This document shows positions 59,360 through 64,000 of a stretch of DNA of 64,000 nt, piece by piece. The stretch is from assembly GCF_000372725.1 (NCBI RefSeq), contig NW_005202427.1:863581-927580 (forward strand), written 5' to 3'. The DNA comes from Emiliania huxleyi CCMP1516 (Eukaryota). Made by a program: the position numbers and the translations under genes. The notes below the pieces were generated by a model. The model was not told the DNA's origin, searched no databases, and saw nothing but the letters and a program-made list of their open reading frames with translations. Numbering within the stretch: position 1 is the first letter of the stretch; each line of letters begins with the position of its first letter.

Positions 59360-60328
59360 ATGCGGTCCGAGGAGGAGCCGCCTCCTCTCACCAAAGAGGA
59401 CTCGCTCGTCAACGCAGTCATGAACGGCGATGCGGACGCCGTCGCGCAGATGCTCGCTGAGGGCGCCGACCCGGACTGCAGCCGCTTCTTTGGCTTTGCC
59501 CAGATGTCCCCGCTTTGCATTGCATGCGTGCTCGGGGACGTCAAAATTGTGACGGCCCTGCTCGACGCCGACGTCGATGTTGGGATGCAGCACGACGAGA
59601 TTGGCATTCAATCGCCGCTGAGTGCGGCGTCGCTCAACGGCCATGCAGCGATTTTGGAACTCCTACTCGAGCGAGGCGCTCCAGTCGACGACCCGGATGC
59701 GAAGGGCTACACTGCCCTCCACCTCTGCTGCGCCAACGGGCACGCAAAGTGCGCTCGGATGCTGCTCAGCGCCGGCTCATACGTCGACCGCGAGGCTCTG
59801 GACGGGTGCACACCCTTCTGGCTCGCCTTCAGCTGGGGCCGGCTCGAGTGCGTGCAGGTCGTCTCTGCCTGGGGAGCGGCGCGCGTCTTCCCGAGGGAGC
59901 AGGTCGGACGCCCGCTCCAGGTGAGCCAGGAGGTGCAGGCTTGGCTGGCAGTGAGCCGCGGGTGGGGGCCTCTGCACCACCTGGAAGTTAACCTCGCCGA
60001 CCGGACGCTGCAGCTCCTTCGTGGCACAGGGGAGAGCCTCCACTCTGGCGGCGCGGCGTCGCCGCTCTCGCTCGCGCGCGCCCTGCAGCGGAGGGGCCTC
60101 GCGCCCAAGGGCTCCTCCGCGGATCTCGTGTTGCGAGCCGCCGAGCCGTGGTCGCCCTCGACCCACCACCTGTTCCCCGCGAGGGCGAGGGCGCGAGCCT
60201 CGCTGCTGGTGCGACAGGGCTGGCTCCTGTCGCGAACCCCCCCCTTTCATTCGCAGGCGCAGGCGCTGGTAGACGTATTTCGCGAACTCGTGCTCCCACA
60301 CGCCATCTCGCGGGAGGAGGGCGAGTGA
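59360..60328 (+). CDS. Ankyrin repeat protein (intronless)
   Basis: SPLCIACVLGDVKIVTALL, SPLSAASLNGHAAILELLL, GYTALHLCCANGH, GCTPFWLA. Confidence 0.9.
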   Translation: MRSEEEPPPLTKEDSLVNAVMNGDADAVAQMLAEGADPDCSRFFGFAQMSPLCIACVLGDVKIVTALLDADVDVGMQHDEIGIQSPLSAASLNGHAAILELLLERGAPVDDPDAKGYTALHLCCANGHAKCARMLLSAGSYVDREALDGCTPFWLAFSWGRLECVQVVSAWGAARVFPREQVGRPLQVSQEVQAWLAVSRGWGPLHHLEVNLADRTLQLLRGTGESLHSGGAASPLSLARALQRRGLAPKGSSADLVLRAAEPWSPSTHHLFPARARARASLLVRQGWLLSRTPPFHSQAQALVDVFRELVLPHAISREEGE

Positions 60329-60582
60329 GAGTTTGAGAGAGGCAGCCTCGAGTCTCGAGAGACGAGAGGCGCGCCGTCTCTACACTCTAGCGGTACTAGC
60401 GGTAGCGCGGCGCAGTTCGGTCGAGAGATAGTGCTCATCGTGTATTATTTGATTGGCGGCGGGGGGCGGCCGCGCGCAGGCCGCGCGCCGGCCGCCGCGC
60501 GTGCGATCCCGCGCAACGTAAATAACAACTCACACACAATACAACAGTGTAAGTGTTCTCATACCGTCAAAACGCGAAAAGA

Positions 60583-61775
60583 TCATCCCGCAGGCCGGTC
60601 GCGCTCGGTGCTGCGGACTCTCATCAGCCCCTCCTGGGAGGTGGAGGCGACGAGGCGGCCGTCCTCGCTCCACACCTCGCCCAGCGCGAAGCCGCGGCCG
60701 CCCGAGGCGGAGGGCGAGCGCATGACGTGGCAGAGCCACGCGTCCATCCGGAAGGGGCGGTGGAAGGTGACCTATGGGCACGTCTTGGACATGGCACGGT
60801 TACGGACGTGGCACGGACATATATGTCCATCCGAAGGGGGCGATCGGGTGACCGAGTGCGACAACGAGGCGGCCTGCAGCTCTCGCCTCCACATCGCCGT
60901 CGGGTGGGGCTGCAGTGCGGTGCCGAGCAGCGCCCAGTCCGTGAAGTAGGTGAGCAGCCGCTGGTGGACGGCCTATGGACACGTCTTGGACATGTCATGG
61001 GCGGTGTCCTCAGCCGGTGAAGCGGAGCCGCTGATGAACGCCTCGTCGCCGGGCGGCAGCGGGTCCTTCGCTCTCACCCACACCGCCTGCCGCGGCGCGC
61101 GCACGCTCTCGTCCCAGGGCGCCACAAACTCGCAAGGCCGCAGGTCGAGCGGGTTGGCCTCGGCGCTGTACAGCTGCCGCAGCCGCGGCGGCACCTTTGC
61201 CAGGTGCGGCGCGAAGCGGTCGGCGAGGGTCGGAAGATCCTCCGGCGCCTGCAGGGAAGTGTCCAGGAAGTGTCCAGGCAATGTCCAGGACCGAGCGGTA
61301 CGCGAAGATCCTCCGGCGCCGGGAGGCCACGAGCGAGCGGGCCAAGGCCGTCCTGGTGCTCGAGGCCTCGCTCGGCTCGCTGGAAGCTCGCCGTCATGGC
61401 GAGGATCGGCGCGCCCTCCTGCGACGCCCGCACGGCGATGGCGGAGAAGGAGCGACCGTGGGAGAGCACCTCGCAGTCGAATCGGATGTCAGCCGACACG
61501 TCGCCGCCGCGGAGAAAGTGGCAGCTCAGCTGGTGGACGGAGAAGTCGCCGCCGACAAGCTTCTGGCAAGCGGCGAGCGCCTGTGCCATCGTCTGGCCGC
61601 CGTACACTCTGCCCCACCCGAGGTCGACCGACCGGCCCACAAACGCGGTGCTCGTCTCTGCGACGGGCGAGACGTCGACGTGCCGCACGAGCGCGTCCGC
61701 AGTGACGCGGCGAGTCGCGGCAGTGCAGAGGCGGGCGGCTCGCACCAGCGAGGGCGCGGCGCGAGCGGACAGCAT
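60583..61775 (-). CDS. tesB: Acyl-CoA thioesterase II (TesB/ACOT8 family) with an N-terminal mitochondrial-type presequence
   Basis: GRVYGGQTMAQAL, HFLRGG, GRSFS, HQRLLTYFTD, ASLSHSVTFHRPFRMDAWL, GRLVASTSQEGLMR. Introns at 61249-61319, ~60973-61041 and 60772-60852. Confidence 0.92.
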
Positions 61776-62356
61776 CGCTGCACGAGAAAAGGCTCGCCCT
61801 GCCAGGAGGGACCCACTCTGACCTGTTCCGACCGTCATCACTTTGAACATGGTCGGATCAGGGTCGGAACAGTGTCGGAACAGGGTGAGCCCTGTGGTGA
61901 CGGTCCTATTTCCGGACCTTCCTTTCCTTTGAGCACTTGAGCACCGGATACTCGAGTAGGGTCGATTCCGCATGGTACGGGACCCCTCGATCGTCTCGCC
62001 CTCCCTCACTGGTGTGTGTTCATCGGGGGGGGTCATAACAAACACGGTACAGGATCGAGGTGCACGCTGCCAAGGCAGTGTCGTCCCCCCTCTCCCCGAC
62101 GGCGATGGCGGTGTGACCGATCGAGCTACAAGAGGAGCTTGTTCGGCATGATCGGGGTGAGCCGAGCAGTTCTTTCCTTTCGTGATCAGCCCATGTTCTG
62201 ACCGTGTTCGGCAGCGTTCGAACACGGTCAGAACAGGGTTGGATCAGGGTCGGAACACATGTGACAGAGCTGCCCCACACGTACGGCCCTTTTTGCCGAC
62301 CTTGATCCGTACTGTGTTCGACCGTGATCCGACCGGGTGTTGAGGGACGATTTCAT

Positions 62357-63837
62357 TCAGAATGACCAGGCGCGCGATACAAACACAGACCAACTAGGTA
62401 CTCGAGTTGGAGAACCCCCCCCCCCTCGAGACCCCCTGGGGTCGACCCGGCCGATCGGGGTGAGATTCTTGGTGGTCTTCTTGCAGCGGTCGACCAGGTT
62501 GGGCTCGCCCTTGCGCTCGATCTTGCGGAGCGGGGAGGGGGTCTTCCACTCGTCGATGCCCTGCGCGTGTGCGAGAGGTCATAGGGTCAACATGAGTACC
62601 GCACGTGGGACTCCCGTGTCCCCGCAATAGCAATACCCATGTATGCACGTGCTGGGAGAATCTCACCGCCGGGGCGAGCTTCTCCGCTGGCGGAGACTCC
62701 TTGGCCGAGATGGTCCAGTCGGCGTCGCCCTACGCAATGAAAGCGGGGTGGGGTCAAGGGGTGCCGGCGGACTTCTCGGCGGCGGGCTCGTCGGTGGCTG
62801 CCTCCTCGGACTCCTCCTCGGTGGCGGACTTGGCGGCGGCCTCCTCGGTGGTCGCCTTCTCGGTGGCGGCCTCCTCGGCGGTCGCCTCCTCGGTGGCCGA
62901 CTCGGCGTCCTCCTCGTCGGCGGCGGACTTGGCGGCGGACTCCTCGGCGGCGGCGGACTTGATGCCGCATGCCTGGGTGAGGGGAGAACACGCAAGTGTG
63001 CGGAGACAGGGAGACCGTAGGGATGATGACAATCCTGGCGTGCGCACACTCACCTCGGCTCCGAGGTGCGAAGGCAGCGACGACAAGTAGATCTCGTCCA
63101 CATCGCCGTCGGGCTTGGCCGTGTCCACTGCGGGCTTGGGCGCGGCCTTGACGTCGTCCTTGACGCCGCACGCCTGTGGGCGAGAGCGAATACGCAGGTG
63201 TTCGGAGACGGGGAGATTGCACGGAATGTGCTCTTGGCGTGCGCACACTCACCTCGGCTCCGAGGAGCGAAGGCGACAGCGACGTGATGCCGACAGGAGC
63301 CGTCGGCGCCGACTCGGACGGGACGTCATTGCCGTTGCCGATGACGTCATTGAGTGATGCGGGCTCGCTCTCGGACGAGATGCCGTCGTGCTTGCCTCCG
63401 GCAGAGTCGACGACGGACGAGGGCGGCGACGGAAGTGGCAGGCACGAGGTTTTGTCGACGGTGAACGTGAGGCGCCGCGAGGTCTCGGCGCCGGCGAACG
63501 ATGCGCCTACCGACGCCGCAAACACGACGCCGACGTACTCGAGCGAAGCGGGCTTGCCCTCGGACGGGATGACGTCCTCGAGCGAAGCGGGCTGGCCCTC
63601 GGACGGGATGCCGGCGGCCTCGCCTCCGGCAGGGTTGACGGTCGTGTTGCCCGCCAGCGACGCCTGTGTCAGCCAGAAGGCCAGAGGATAACATAAGTCT
63701 TGCAGACGGGAGCGCATTGTCACGTGCGCGCAAGCACACGCCTGCTTGTCAGCAAGCGGCGGCGGCGGAGGAGAGAGCTTGAGCACGAGCTTGTCACCGG
63801 CGGCCGGCACGAGCTCGAGTTTGAGCTTGTCGAGCAT
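62357..63837 (-). CDS. Hypothetical low-complexity acidic protein, multi-exon
   Basis: Exon-like text separated by GT/GC-AG introns; EEATAEEAAT repeats. Both ends are uncertain. Confidence 0.45.
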
Positions 63838-64000
63838 GTTGATCGAGTTCCTGCAGCGCGCGTGGGTATGCACGCCAAAGAGGGTCGATAGATGCAGCTC
63901 ATGGAGAAGGCTGTGTGACGGGTTCATGTGATAGAACTGCTGCTGCTGGTTAGTTACTGGATGTACCAGCAGACTGTGCAGAGCACTACTATTATGACTG

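Noticed and set aside
1..64000. rRNA/tRNA genes, prokaryotic operons or defence systems
   Set aside because: None recognisable; the genes are spliceosomal-intron-containing eukaryotic genes.

Overview
Eukaryotic, very GC-rich, intron-containing genomic DNA with three assembly gaps. Frequent GC-AG introns and 10-11 bp intronic tandem repeats point to a haptophyte, most likely Emiliania/Gephyrocapsa huxleyi (inference). Recognisable genes: a ~2000-aa secreted S8 subtilase + CUB + M11 metalloprotease + 2x F-type-lectin mosaic, an NCA2/DGS1-like gene, an HTTM-like membrane protein, a partial JMJD5-like JmjC gene, a HET-like + LRR protein, a TMF1-like golgin, a DUF2470-like protein, a distant GH6-like glycosidase, eIF4G, an SMCHD1/GMI1-like GHKL-ATPase + SMC-hinge protein, an ankyrin protein and acyl-CoA thioesterase II. 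Mobile DNA: a piggyBac-type MITE (TTAA), a 1.55-kb hAT-like non-autonomous element, a 5'-truncated LINE fragment, and three 5'-truncated copies of a second retroposon with a stem-loop and (TTTC)n tail. The most striking signal is in the introns: (i) one ~170-260 nt sequence family forms whole introns in four unrelated genes (introner-like), and (ii) many introns begin with a copy of the start of the downstream exon, and one contains a 44-nt copy of the spliced exon-exon junction. Exon boundaries were read by eye and protein family calls are by motif recognition only. No rRNA, tRNA or CRISPR array was seen.
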